From Amoebidium appalachense (lineage: Eukaryota; Protista; Ichthyosporea): a DNA stretch of 64,000 nucleotides. Positions 41,596 through 53,630 of this stretch are shown one piece after another. Positions within the stretch are counted from its first letter, which is position 1. Each line of letters begins with the position of its first letter. Location: assembly GCA_963693365.1 (NCBI GenBank), contig CAVNZM010000002.1, positions 1,935,759-1,999,758 of the forward strand, written 5' to 3'. The notes below the pieces were generated by a model. It saw only the letters and a list, made by a program, of their open reading frames with translations. It was not told the origin of the DNA and did no database searches. Both the position numbers and the translations under genes were made by a program.

Positions 41596-42765
41596 ATGCC
41601 GCCGAAAAAGCGCCAGGCCTCAGCCGCCGCCCCTGCCGCGGCACCTAAGCGCCTGACCCGCAGCGACCTCCGCCACAGGCTGACCAACGCTCCCGCGGAC
41701 ACTGACGCGCCTCCAGCGGCCCATACCACCACGGACCCAGACCCGCCGGCTACTCTCCCCTCCCCTCCTGAAGTCCCCCCTCAGGCCCCGCCGTCCCCGC
41801 AGATGACTTCTCAAGACGCCGTCCTGGCCGCCCTCACCGCCATCAGCACCCAGATGGCTGGCGTCCTGGCTGCTCTCACCAACCGCGACCCTCCCGCGCC
41901 CCCCGCCGCGCCCTCCACACCCGGGGAGGTTTCCCCGGGGCTGCATCTCGGCCCTGACCTAGACCTACCTGCCCTGCCCGCGCCCCCCATCACAGGTGAG
42001 AACACTGGCGACATTCAGCCGGGCACACTCCCGCTTCCCCCCGCGGATGTGCTGGCAGATTTGCGCGCCAATCGTTTCGTCGACCTGTATAAGTTCACCC
42101 CCGCCGCCCTCCTGGCCCCATCCAAGAAAGGTCAGCATCTGCGCATGGCCGACGACGGCAGCATCGAGACTTTTCGCCAAGACAAACCCGTTCCCCTGCG
42201 TTCACTTGTCATTTGGATCCAAGCTTGGACCCATTACATGGCCGCCAAGCACCACCTCGGCCTCCCCACGGACAAAGACGTACTTTGGACTCAACACATC
42301 ACTCGCCTCAGCACCCGATACCCGTGGGCCCAGATCCACAACTATGACGTATACGCCCGCACCGTTGCCCACCAGCAGGGTCGGGCTCCGATCGAGTGTC
42401 CCAACCTGCTCGCCCAACTCCACCAGGATCTCCTCCTGCCACCCACTCTGCTCATCCCGGACGCATGTCAGCGCTGTGGCTTCCCCGACCACCCCAGCGC
42501 GGCCTGCCCCATGTACCCCAAGCCCGGCTGTGGTCTTGACGGCTTTAAGCCGCCCCACAAGCCCGGCGGGGGTCAAACCCCTAACCGCCCTGGCCCGCAA
42601 CCCGGCCCGGCAAAACCGTCCCGACCCGTGGATCTACCCGCGACGCACTGCAGGAATTTCCACATCAACGGTCGGTCCTGCGCTAAGCAGCCCTGCCCCT
42701 TCTCCCACGTGTGCCCGCTCTGCTCTGGCACACACCCCCGCAAAGACTGCAAGCACAATGCCTAG
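41596..42765 (+). CDS. Gag-like ORF1 of N2
   Basis: Same 389-aa protein as N1 with a few substitutions. Confidence 0.88.
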   Translation: MPPKKRQASAAAPAAAPKRLTRSDLRHRLTNAPADTDAPPAAHTTTDPDPPATLPSPPEVPPQAPPSPQMTSQDAVLAALTAISTQMAGVLAALTNRDPPAPPAAPSTPGEVSPGLHLGPDLDLPALPAPPITGENTGDIQPGTLPLPPADVLADLRANRFVDLYKFTPAALLAPSKKGQHLRMADDGSIETFRQDKPVPLRSLVIWIQAWTHYMAAKHHLGLPTDKDVLWTQHITRLSTRYPWAQIHNYDVYARTVAHQQGRAPIECPNLLAQLHQDLLLPPTLLIPDACQRCGFPDHPSAACPMYPKPGCGLDGFKPPHKPGGGQTPNRPGPQPGPAKPSRPVDLPATHCRNFHINGRSCAKQPCPFSHVCPLCSGTHPRKDCKHNA

Positions 42766-43158
42766 TCTACGCGCACACCCACACACACAGCTAGAACATA
42801 GGGGTTAGGAGCTAGGACACACGAGTACAGGGAAACGGAGCTCGGGAGAACGGGCCAATAGGGCTGAGTACAAAATTTCGCAGGCCAACTACGGCGCCCG
42901 CGCGCGTGAAGAATAAATGTCCCTACACAAAGACGTTTATTCTGGCCCCTGCACATAATTTTACTCCCCCCCCCATCCCACGAGCCTCCCCCCCCCCCCT
43001 TACACTCACCTAGCACTCCCTCCCCCCCCCTTCTTCTACCTCTGTGTCCGCCCACACCCCCGCGTGCTCGGGCACATTCCCCTGCACAGGGCCCCGCTGC
43101 CCTCCCTGCCAACCCTCACTTGGGCCCAGCTGCCCTACTCTAACCCCCCGGGGCCCTG

Positions 43159-43192
<34 letters not shown>

Positions 43193-43211
43193 CTGCCGGG
43201 ATCTCCCCAAG

Positions 43212-44875
43212 GGTACACCACCCTTGCTAACCACCCCTTCCCCCGAGGCTCAGACCCGGAGGCCCGCCCGCTGCCCCAGCACCACATTGACACCTCCCGC
43301 CTCCGGGAACTGCTGGCCTCCTACCCGGACCAACCATTCGCCGCACAACTCCTCCACGATGTCGAATTCAGCGTGGACATCGGCTATCGCGGCCCCTCCA
43401 CCTCTCGGGTGGGCCCCAACCTCCCCACCAACCCGGAGGCAGCTGCTGCTATCACGGTGGATATTGCCAAAGAAGTCGCCCTCGGCCACCTGCGCGGCCC
43501 CCTCTCCCCGGCCCAATTCTTTGACGAATTTCCGGTCCACCGTTCCTCCCCCATCGGCGCCGTTACCAAGAAAGGGAACCCCCCCAAGTACCGTCGAATC
43601 CACCACCTCTCCTGGCCCCGGGGTAGCAGTGTCAATGACAGCATCACCTACCCCGACGAACTTCAGTACATTCGCGCCCGGGATGTCACCCAACTCATTC
43701 TCGACGCAGGCCCCGGCTGCTACATGGCCGTGGCAGATGTGCAGGCTGCCTTCCGGCACATGCCCATCCGACCGGAAGACCACCACTTAATGGCATTCAA
43801 ATGGCAAGGGCATTTTTACGTTGAAACCAGACTGCCCTTCGGCCTGAAATCTAGCCCAGCCATCTGGGAACGGATCGCGGCCACCCTACAGTGGCTGGCA
43901 CACCAGCACGGTATTACCCTCATCCGCCACTACGTAGACGACTGGATTATAGTCGCCCCCACACAAGAGCAGTGCCAACGTCACCTATCCACCTTCCTGC
44001 AACTCTGCCGAGAGCTGCACATTGCCATCTCCGAAGACAAGATGCAGGGCCCGGCTACCCGTGTCGTCTTCATCGGTATCGAATTCGACTCCATCGCCAT
44101 GGAGGCACGAATCCCGGCTTCCAAGCTCTCGGACCTACTCGACCTCACTTCCCACCCAAAGCCCACCATCACCATTCGGGACCTCCAGTCCCTCCTCGGC
44201 AAACTCACCTGGTGTGCCCAGCTGGTTCCCCCCGGGAGGGCCTTCTCCCAGCGCCTATGGGCCCTTCTCCGGACCCACCCACACCTTGCCGGCCACCACC
44301 ACATACGACTGACTGCTGCCGCCCGGGCCGACATAGCCGAATGGCACCAGTTCCTCACATCATGGAATGGGGTGCACCTCATCACACCCCCCACATACAC
44401 CACCCTGGCCACTGATGCTGCCGGATCGGTGGGTCTAGGAGGCCACTGGCTCGACCAATGGTTCTTCATGCCCTGGTCCCCCTCCACCCAAGCCCTCTAT
44501 GCTCATGAGGGTAAACTCGGTTCTTCCGTCATCGAACTCCTGGCCATCGCAGCCGCCGTGGCCCTCTGGGCCCCCTCCTGGTCCACCCACCATGTCCGTA
44601 TTTTATGCGACAACACGGGTGCTGTGTCTGACCTGCACTCCCGGTCTTCCCCTCACCCCGTGATGGCCAAACTTATTCGGTTCATCACCCGCATGGAAAT
44701 GCAATACCAATTTACGTTACAGGCATCCTACCTACCAGGACCCCTCAACCATCTGGCCGATGCCATTTCTCGTAACCAACTTCCCCGGGCCCGACGACTC
44801 CGACCTTCCCTGCAACCGGAGCCCTGCCCCTTCCCCTCCTGGGTCCACGAGTTCCTATCCCTTCCCTTGGGCTAA
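43212..44875 (+). CDS. RT/RNase H of N2
   Basis: Same motifs as N1; 1664 nt from the inferred acceptor in both copies. Confidence 0.92.
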
Positions 44876-44900
44876 CCCCCCCCCCCTCCCCCCCCCCCAG

Positions 44901-45962
44901 ATCTCCCGTTCCGGAGCAACACTGGCAGATTGGCCCCCCACTTTGCTCCGGCCGAGCTGCTTCGAGCCACCACTACCCTGCAGGAATGCCAGGCCCTGAG
45001 TCTCAACCTCGACTCTCGGGCCTTTTACTCCCGGGTGCAAAAAGTGTTCATCGATTTCTGTGTGGCATCTCGGCTGCAATCCTCCTCCGGGTCCTCCCTC
45101 CCGGCCTCCCCCCACACCGTGCAACTTTTTCTCGCCTGGTGTGCCCAACGAGGGGTACAGGCCTCTTCCTTAACCGGCTACAATTCGGCCATCACCAGGC
45201 TCCACCTCGACATGGGCCTCCCTGCTCCCTACCCCCACGACAAGTCTCTGGCCTGGTTCCTACGGGGGGTGGGCCGATGGCAGCTTTCTCACAACATCCG
45301 ACCCCGCTCATCCACCAGGGAACCCCTCCTCCCCTCCCACCTCCGCCTACTCCATGGCCAGTGCCCCACCAAGGCCTCCTCGGCCAATCTCCGGCTATGG
45401 ACGGCCCTCATCGTCGGTTTCTGTGGTCTCCTCCGTTCAGGGGAATTTACCTCCAAGACCCTGACTTCTTTCGACCCGTCCCTTCACGTTAAACGGAAGG
45501 ACGTGACCTTCAGCTACACCCCCACCGGGACTTTGTCCCATGCCACCCTCCACCTGCCAACCTCTAAGACGGATGTACAGGCCCGAGGTGTCAACGTCAC
45601 CCTAGCTGCCCTGCCCCTCACCCACTTCTCCCCAGCCCATCTCCTCCGGCAGTTCCTGGATACAACGTCCGGTCAACCCGACGACCCCCTCTTCAGTCTC
45701 GGTGGCATCCCCTACACCAAGAGTGCTTTCTCTGCCGATTTCCGTGCCCTCCTCTCCCGGGCAGGCCTCTCACCCTCCCGGTTTGCCGGACACACTCCTC
45801 CGCATCGGGGGGGCCACAGCACTGGCTGAGGCCGGGGTCGACGACTCCCGGATCAAACAACTCGGCAGGTGGTCCTCCGACTGCTTCCTGATCTATACCC
45901 GACTTCGTCCGGCCTCCATTGCTGCCACCACCACACGTGTATTCGCCTCTATTCTTAAGTGA
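44901..45962 (+). pseudogene. Tyrosine recombinase of N2, +1 frameshift at the HSLR motif
   Basis: GGACACACTCCTCCGC (~45788-45803) versus GGACACAGCCTCCGC in N1. This is not a homopolymer site. Confidence 0.85.
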
Positions 45963-47320
45963 AACCTTTGGAGCAAGCATACTGCTCTCGTGCCGTGGTT
46001 TACAACCATTGCAGGTTCACTTTCGTCCAAGGGGATGTCCCCCTAGAGGCAACACACGTCCCGTAGTAGTTTTCATAGAGGTTTTATTTGTGGAAATTAT
46101 TGACATAAATTATTTTCTGGGTAAACACGTAGGATGGGTGTTCGATACCAACATAACCATGTAGGCTTCATTTCGTGTTTTAGCAGTTAGCGGTTGGCTG
46201 CCCGCACACGGGCACCTATTAGCCAGTCAAAACATCAGATACCACAGATCACTAGACCGAGTTATGATTGGCTCGGATCAGATTTCACATATCACTAGAT
46301 CGATTTTTGATTGGCTCAGATCGGTAGGCTTAGGTATATAAGCACGACAGTTTTTAGCAGATCAGCAAGCTACAAACACATCTTCTGTGTTTAGCATCCA
46401 CAGCCTTACAGCTGTATATTCCTTTTTAACCCACCCACCTACACCCACACACAACCCCCATTGATCCACACATACGTGCTGTTTTTTCACGGGGCGAAGA
46501 CTTCCCCCGTTTTTTGGGCACATGGACCTCACGGATCAATAAATTGATGACTGGGGGCTTGCCGTGGTTTACAACCATTGCAGGTTCACTTTCGTCCAAG
46601 GGGATGTCCCCCTAGAGGCAACACACGTCCCGTAGTAGTTTTCATAGACCTTCCCGCAGGTCGCCTGGTCACAGATCCCCTCCGCAGATCGCGCAGCCAC
46701 CGTGCTAATTGTTTTGGACCATGCTGCATGCTGCAGCCTCTTCGCCTAACGGCTGAAAGGCCCTTTGAAGGTTAGTTTTGTGTTGGCTGCTTTTGTGCAT
46801 ATGGCGATTGTCTGTCTGGTCTGTGTCCGTCCTGTGATTATGTCTGTGTCTGTGTCTGTGTGTGTGTCTGTGTATGTGTGTGTGTGTGCGTGCGTGTGCG
46901 TGTGTCTGCTGGCTGCAGATGCACGTTGCCTTTCACGTTCATGAACCAGCGACTGTGGGCACAACTTTTGCTGTTAGCACTATAGCTATCATCCCCTCCA
47001 CCGATCGTTCAAGCTATTTTCTGCTTCTCTAGACTTCATAAGTTCTGGTCCGGGTTTCCGTCTTTAATATGTTTGAGGTTGGTTCTGTCGACTCTTTTTT
47101 TGCCACTCTCAGTCAGCCCCCTCAGTCCCTCCCTCCCCCCCCCCCCCCCCCTCCCCCCACTTCTCGCAAGTAGGATGAGCTAATTCTTAGCTCGAGTTCC
47201 TTTACAGGTTTTGGCAAGGTTGGCCCATGAAGTCATCAGCAGCTATAAGGCTACGTTATCATCTAGAGGTGGGTACCGGCTCTTTGTCCTATGGCTGCTG
47301 TTGTTTCCGTTTTTCGTTTC

Positions 47321-47848
47321 ATAGGTGGGTACCGGCTCTTTGTCCTGTTAAGGTAAATAAAGTATGGAGGCAAGACCCTGTGGGTCTGGGGCTCTTTGTC
47401 CTATGGCTGCTGTTGTTTCCGTGTTTCGTTTCTGTGTTGCTCTTATAGCACATGAATGATCATGTGCATGTTTAGCACCCATAGGTGGGTACCGGCTCTT
47501 TGTCCTGTTAATAAGGTAAATAAAGTATGGAGGCAAGACCCTGTGGGTCTGGGGCTCTTTGTCCTATGGCTGCTGTTGTTTCCGTGTTTCGTTTCTGTGT
47601 TGCTCTTATAGCACATGAATGATCATGTGCATGTTTAGCACCCATAGGTGGGTACCGGCTCTTTGTCCTGTTAAGGTAAATAAAGTATGGAGGCAAGACC
47701 CTGTGGGTCTGGCACCTCGTCGTCGTCATCGATCGTCAAAGGTTCATGTGGGGTGGGTGGTGGTCCCCAGGAAAAGACCCTGTGGGTCTGGCACCTCATC
47801 GTCGTCATCGATCGTCAAAGGTTCATGTGGGGTGGGTGGTGGTCCCCC
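47321..47848 (+). repeat. Local tandem duplications (~160-bp unit x2.4; ~80-bp unit x2)
   Basis: ATAGGTGGGTACCGGCTC at 47321, 47481 and 47644; AAGACCCTGTGGGTCTGGCACCTC at 47694 and 47774. Confidence 0.85.
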
Positions 47849-48775
47849 GGGGGGGGGGGGGGGGGGGGTTTAAGATATCATCACGACAACCTCCAGCCAT
47901 CCAACAGATGACTTTAAGGATGACGACGGTCTTTTTAGTGTGACTTTTAGAACATCCTGAAAGATGGCTTTAAAATTGCATCAAGAAATCTTCCGGTGCT
48001 CTTACCAGAACTATGAATATATAATTATTCTATCTATGGGAGCGACCATATATAACGTTAGGCCGTCCTAAAGCCGTCTAAAGTGTATATTAATTGTGTC
48101 TTTTCCTCAATTGATGATGAATCTATATTATGACGTAAATACGTCTCACGCATATCTTGTTTGTGTCACTGTGTACCAATAAAAATATCCCTAGCCTATC
48201 GGTGAGTTGCTTTTAGTACGTCCTAAAGTCGACAACTCGTGTTAGACTGAAATAACATATTACATAACTACATCGTAAGGATACACTTAGGTTAACCACA
48301 ACATATCTGTAATATATCTCTGCAAATTCTTCAAGAGGTGTTAAGTATGCCATATATGTTCGTCTGAACTACATAAAGTAGTATTAAAGATGGATATTGG
48401 TGATCGCAAAGCGCTCTTGTAGACGGCTGATTGATAGCTTACAGATATGCTGGGGATATCTTTTTAGTAAAAGTTCATAAATATTGTCTTTTTATAGATT
48501 CGTTTAAGACATAACAAAGACGGCTCTAAGATATGCTTGGGGGAGGAAACAGATGGAACACGGGATAGGGTTTCGCCGGGTTACAGATATGCTAAGGACG
48601 TACTTACAGAGATGTCTTTAATATCGCCTGCTAAAGCCGGACGGGTTAGGGATAGCTTGGAGTCATCTCTAACTAATAACGGTTACAAAGGGTATGGTTC
48701 AGGATGGGTTACGGGTTTAGGATGTCCCAGACTGGTTTGAGACGGGAAAAAGATGCCGGGAGATGTTTGCTGATG

Positions 48776-48822
48776 ATGACACCTCTGTGCACTCTGCTCC
48801 CTTAGACCCGTACAAAACAACA
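48776..48822 (+). repeat. Terminal 47-bp remnant of a copia-A LTR
   Basis: Matches 2007-2053 and is fused directly to A gag sequence (A1 position 3036). Confidence 0.9.
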
Positions 48823-51408
48823 TTCCCGGTCACCCTACCCCCCACGTAAAGGGGGTAACCGTCATTCCCAGCCACCCCGAGCCAAGACTACTGGCTCCCT
48901 CGACTGTGCCTACTGTCACGAAGACCATCATGTCACACAGTGTGACAAACCTGGCTGCTCAATTGCCCGTCGTCACCGCGCCAGCACCAAGTCTGGAAAA
49001 GAGGTGCACTTTGCCCTCGTGTCCACCACGGCCTCCCTACCCATGGACCCCTGCTGGGACTCGGCTTCAAACGTCCACGTGTGCCCAGTAAAGGAGTACT
49101 TCTCTTCTCTTGAGCCGTGCCCCCCGACTGACGTCCACGGCCTCGGCATCGTCACTGCACATCACCGTGGTGTCATCAACCTGGCCGTCACCTACAACGG
49201 CGTAACATCAGTACTGAGCCTCAACACCCTCTATGTTAAATTGTATAAGTATTTGGGATGAAAGCAGAGACACAGTGGTGCAGTGTGAAAACACCACAGA
49301 CACACACAACAACAAAACACGGAACGATCGGAGCAGTGTACACAACAGACATCAATGTTTAGACACGACTGAACTGAATTTATTCTGATCTTCGAATAAA
49401 TACCTGAAATTCCTCTAAGTCCAATCCATACATGATTTCCGACCAGTCGGAAATCAGATCTATCTCTAATAGAAACCAATCACTAAGAACCAATTGCTTT
49501 CAGAGAGATCCGCTGGAATTTGAACTTGCGAGGATGTCACGGGTGTCAAGGCGTGACAAAAGCTCTTGTCAAGATGAGTCAGATCTTGTCAAGGGGAGTC
49601 ACGTGGGACCGGTTACGGACGGACGCCGGGGAGGCCTCGAGCCGAGAGGCTAGGAGACGGTGGGAACGGGGACGGACGGAACTGGAACAGCAGGCGCCAG
49701 AGACGGGGTGTGCAGAAAGGCACAGATGGATGCAGGGGACGCCAGGGATGGATGTACACAGCCTCAGCACCAAGATGCATGAGGAGCTGACCACAGCTAT
49801 GATGTGTACCAGGAATTTAACGATCGCTAGGTCTAGGTGTGTGTAGGGAGCGTGCATCTGGGCCCATAACCTGTTAAATTATATAAGTATTTGGGATGAA
49901 AGCAGAGACACAGTGGTGCAGTGTGAAAACACCACAGACACACACAACAACAAAACACGGAACGATCGGAGCAGTGTACACAACAGACATCAATGTTTAG
50001 ACACGACTGAACTGAATTTATTCTGATCTTCGAATAAATACCTGAAATTCCTCTAAGTCCAATCCATACATGATTTCCGACCAGTCGGAAATCAGATCTA
50101 TCTCTAATAGAAACCAATCACTAAGAACCAATTGCTTTCAGAGAGATCCGGTACGCGGAGACGCACACGATAGGACACAGACACTAGTTAAGGTCAACTC
50201 GTGTCATCATCAAGGAAGTTCTAACCTATGACATACTGCAAAGACTCAGACATATCACACTTAACCTTGATGATTGGTTAAAGCCCGGCAACACATGAAA
50301 ACTAAAGTAAATTAATGAAATCTAAACACACATGCTATTCTAAGTGTAGCCTAAGTGTGTTACCGTCCAATGAACACGTATTAAGTAACACAAATCTACC
50401 TAACATATATTAGTAGAAAAGAAATACGATTATACACATGAAGATAAGGAGAGAAAGAAAAGAAAATAAGGAAGGAGAAAGAGGAAGGAAAAGAGAGCAC
50501 AGATCAACAAACAAGATAGTAATAGCATAACTATAACCAGAGATATTTATGTACACACAAACATGTACACGTCTCTCCCTGAGTGGGTGGATCCGTGTAC
50601 ACACATATAAATAATCTAATTGATATTACAACACACGATTACAGCCGATACAACACGATTACAAGTATACAAGCATATCGGAGATCGATGCTACACTTTA
50701 CATAATAGGAGTGTGGCTTTTACACTAAGCATATGAACTGAAACATAACACAAACTGAGAAGATCTTACCATATGTAAATACTACGTATTACAACACTCT
50801 ACGTACCCGACTCCCCAGCCTTCCTGATTTCACCCTCAATGGCCTCCAAGTCGGGTCTCCTTGCCCACCTCGATGATGAGGATGAATTCCCATCCTACCT
50901 CTACACTTGTGGTGGCAACATCGTGTGTTCCCTCACAGGCACAGATGGACTGTACTTCATCACCGACTATGAGATACGTCCCTCCATCCCTCGGACCGTC
51001 ACTGCCCTGGTAGCCAACGTCAAGGTCAACAATGATCCTCAGCTCTGGCACCACCGTCTCGGCCATCGTGCCCTGTCCACCCTCACCAAGATGGTGAGAG
51101 GTGACCTCGTGACAGGCCTCGGGCCCTCATCCCTCTCAGTGGCTGACACCACTGACTGCTTCGGTTGTGTCTCCGGCAAGACCACCAAGGCCCCATTATC
51201 CGGCACCAGAACCCAGTGCCCCTTCCCCGGTGCCAAGTGGCACATGGACTTCTTCGAGCCTCCCTGTGCCTCCTATGGTGGCTACAAGGTGGCCCTCGTG
51301 TGTACCTGTGATGCCTCCGGCTACACCATCGTGTACCTCCTCCGTGATCGATCCGAAACTCTCGAAAACGTCAAGGCCCTGGTTGAGAATACTGACAAGC
51401 AACCCGAC
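48823..51408 (+). pseudogene. Copia A2, 5' part (gag knuckle, PR, IN N-terminus), interrupted by B3
   Basis: 48823-49233 matches A1 3036-3446 and 50797-51408 matches A1 3442-4050. Ends in CCGAC (51404-51408). Confidence 0.93.
49234..50796 (-). mobile_element. Internally deleted non-autonomous copia B3
   Basis: TSD CTCTA (49229-49233, 50797-50801); 5' LTR 49872-50796; PBS GGTTATGGGCCCAG; ~350 bp of B2-type internal sequence fused to a 3' LTR remnant (49234-49512). Confidence 0.92.
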
Positions 51409-52333
51409 TGTTGTAATACGTAGTATTTACATATGGTAAGATCTTCTCAGTTTGTGTTATGTTTCAGTTCATATGCTTAGTGTAAATGCCACACTCCTAT
51501 TATGTAAAGTGTAGCATCGATCTCCGATATGCTTGTATACTTGTAATCGTGTTGTATCGGCTTTAATCGTGTGTTGTAATATCGATTAGAATATTTATAT
51601 GTGTGTACACGGATCCACCCACTCAGGGAGAGACGTGTACATGTTCGTGTGTACATAAATATCTCTGGTTATAGTTATGCTATTGCTATCTTGTTTGTTG
51701 ATCTGTGCTCTCTTTTCCTTCCTCTTTCTCCTTCCTTATTTTCTTTTCTTTCTCTCTTTGTCTTCATGTGTATAATCGTATTTCTTTTCTACTAATATAT
51801 GTTAGGTAGATTTGTGTTACTTAATACGTGTTCATTGGACGGTAACACACTTAGGCTACACTTAGAATAGCATGTGTGTTTAGACTTCATTAATTTACTT
51901 TAGTTTTCATGTGTTGCCGGGCTTTAACCAATCATCAAGGTTAAGTGTGATATGTCTGAGTCTTTGCAGTATGTCATAGGTTAGAACTTCCTTGATGATG
52001 ACACGAGTTGACCTTAACTAGTGTCTGTGTCCTATCGTGTGCGTCTCCGCGTACCGGATCTCTCTGAAAGCAATTGGTTCTTAGTGATTGGTTTCTATTA
52101 GAGATAGATCTGATTTCCGACTGGTCGGAAATCATGTATGGATTGGACTTAGAGGAATTTCAGGTATTTATTCGAAGATCAGAATAAATTCAGTTCAGTC
52201 GTGTCTAAACATTGATGTCTGTTGTGTACACTGCTCCGATCGTTCCGTGTTTTGTTGTTGTGTGTGTCTGTGGTGTTTTCACACTGCACCACTGTGTCTC
52301 TGCTTACATCCCAAATACTTATACAATTTAACA
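51409..52333 (+). repeat. 5' LTR of copia B1 (925 bp)
   Basis: Preceded by CCGAC; followed by a degenerate PBS GGTTATGCTGCTC and gag. Confidence 0.93.
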
Positions 52334-52395
52334 GGTTATGCTGCTCTTTTGCACGCTCCCTACACACATCTAGAACTCGCGCTCGTTTTTCAATC

Positions 52396-52718
52396 ATGGA
52401 TCCAAACAAAACTGGTGTAAACAAAATAACCATGTGGAAAGGTGAAGGGAAGACTGGTCCCGATAGCAAAACCACCTATTTTCAATGGGAAATCATTTTT
52501 CTCGGCATGATGACCGGCACTAAAGGTGTCCGACTCGTGGATGTTGTACTTGCTGACAACTACGTCCCCCCTACCACCGTCGCGGTTGACGGTGAACCCC
52601 CCTTCTATGGCTACGGCACTACCGCGGAACTCAAGGAGGCCCGCAATTGCCTCCTGCTCCATATGATACAGAACATCGACCCTTCCGTCCTCACCACCGT
52701 TGCCCAGTACCGTATTGG
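52396..52718 (+). pseudogene. Copia B1 gag N-terminal fragment
   Basis: MDPNKTGVNKITMWKG...TYFQWE...YGYGT aligns by eye with A gag LTPWKG...TYYEWE...HGYDT. The 3' limit is approximate. Confidence 0.8.
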
Positions 52719-53630
52719 CATCATCAGCAATCTCCACCGGGGATCGTATACCCCTCGTAATGCCATCTCCGATGGCGTAAACCTGTCACCCATCGTAAAG
52801 CACACCGCGAGTTCATATGGAGTGGTTGCACGACCTCTTTACGATAGTGTAAAGAGTTCCATGGGGTTAACGGAGCGTCTTATGTATATACATTGGATAT
52901 ACGCTTTACGACATCCATCAACCCTCTTTACGACATCCATAGGGTTTATGGATGTCGTAAAGCGTATGTCATATGTATATCCTATGTATATCCGATGTAT
53001 ATACATTGCACTATACATAGGATATCCAATGTTTATACATTGCACTATGCATAGGATATCCAATGTATATACATTGCACTGTACATAAGATATCCAATGT
53101 ATATACATTGCACTATACATAGGATAACCTGTGTATATCCAATGTATAACCTATGTATATACATACGACTATACATAGAACATACATACGAGAGCGTTAC
53201 GAGGGGTCGGAAACCCATCGTAATCTTCACCATCCGAGTATCCAAACCCATCCCGTTGGATATCTTATGTATATGTTTAGGAGCGGCTTAATACCATCGT
53301 AACCCATGACATATGATATACATCGATGTATTTTACGAATTACCAACCATATACATATGATATACATATGGCTGGTCCTGGGGTACATTACGACCCCCAT
53401 AATACCGTCGTAGACATTTCCATAAGAGCCCGTACACCACTCGTATGTATATACATAGCATGTCGTGTATACATCATTACGACAGCTCTTTGCCCATCCA
53501 TAAGATATCCTATGCATAGCCAAATAATATGTTACGAGTATACCATGACTAACTAAATACAATATTACGGAATATCGTGATATACGATTACGAGCTGTCG
53601 TAATATCATAATACGAAAAGTAACCACCAC
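52719..53630 (+). repeat. Non-coding segment rich in short repeats (ATGTATATACATTGCACTATACATAGGATATCC x4; TACGA motifs), possibly a DNA-transposon end
   Basis: ~33-bp tandem units at ~52995-53125; begins CATCATCAGCAA. Confidence 0.45.

Larger units (their letters stand above)
41217..46648 (+). mobile_element. Ngaro-type retrotransposon, copy N2
   Basis: A1 41217-41563, B1 45991-46079, A2 46080-46426, B2 46560-46648. The termini GGTTTT...CATAGA match the internal B1|A2 junction. No TSD; inserted in a short CCTTCCCGCAGGTCGCCTGGTC repeat. Confidence 0.93.

Noticed and set aside
44760-44999. ATG (MPFLV...) as the true YR start
   Set aside because: It is in frame only in N1, overlaps RNase H and crosses a variable C-run that reads as a canonical 3' splice site. 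It is disfavoured but not excluded.
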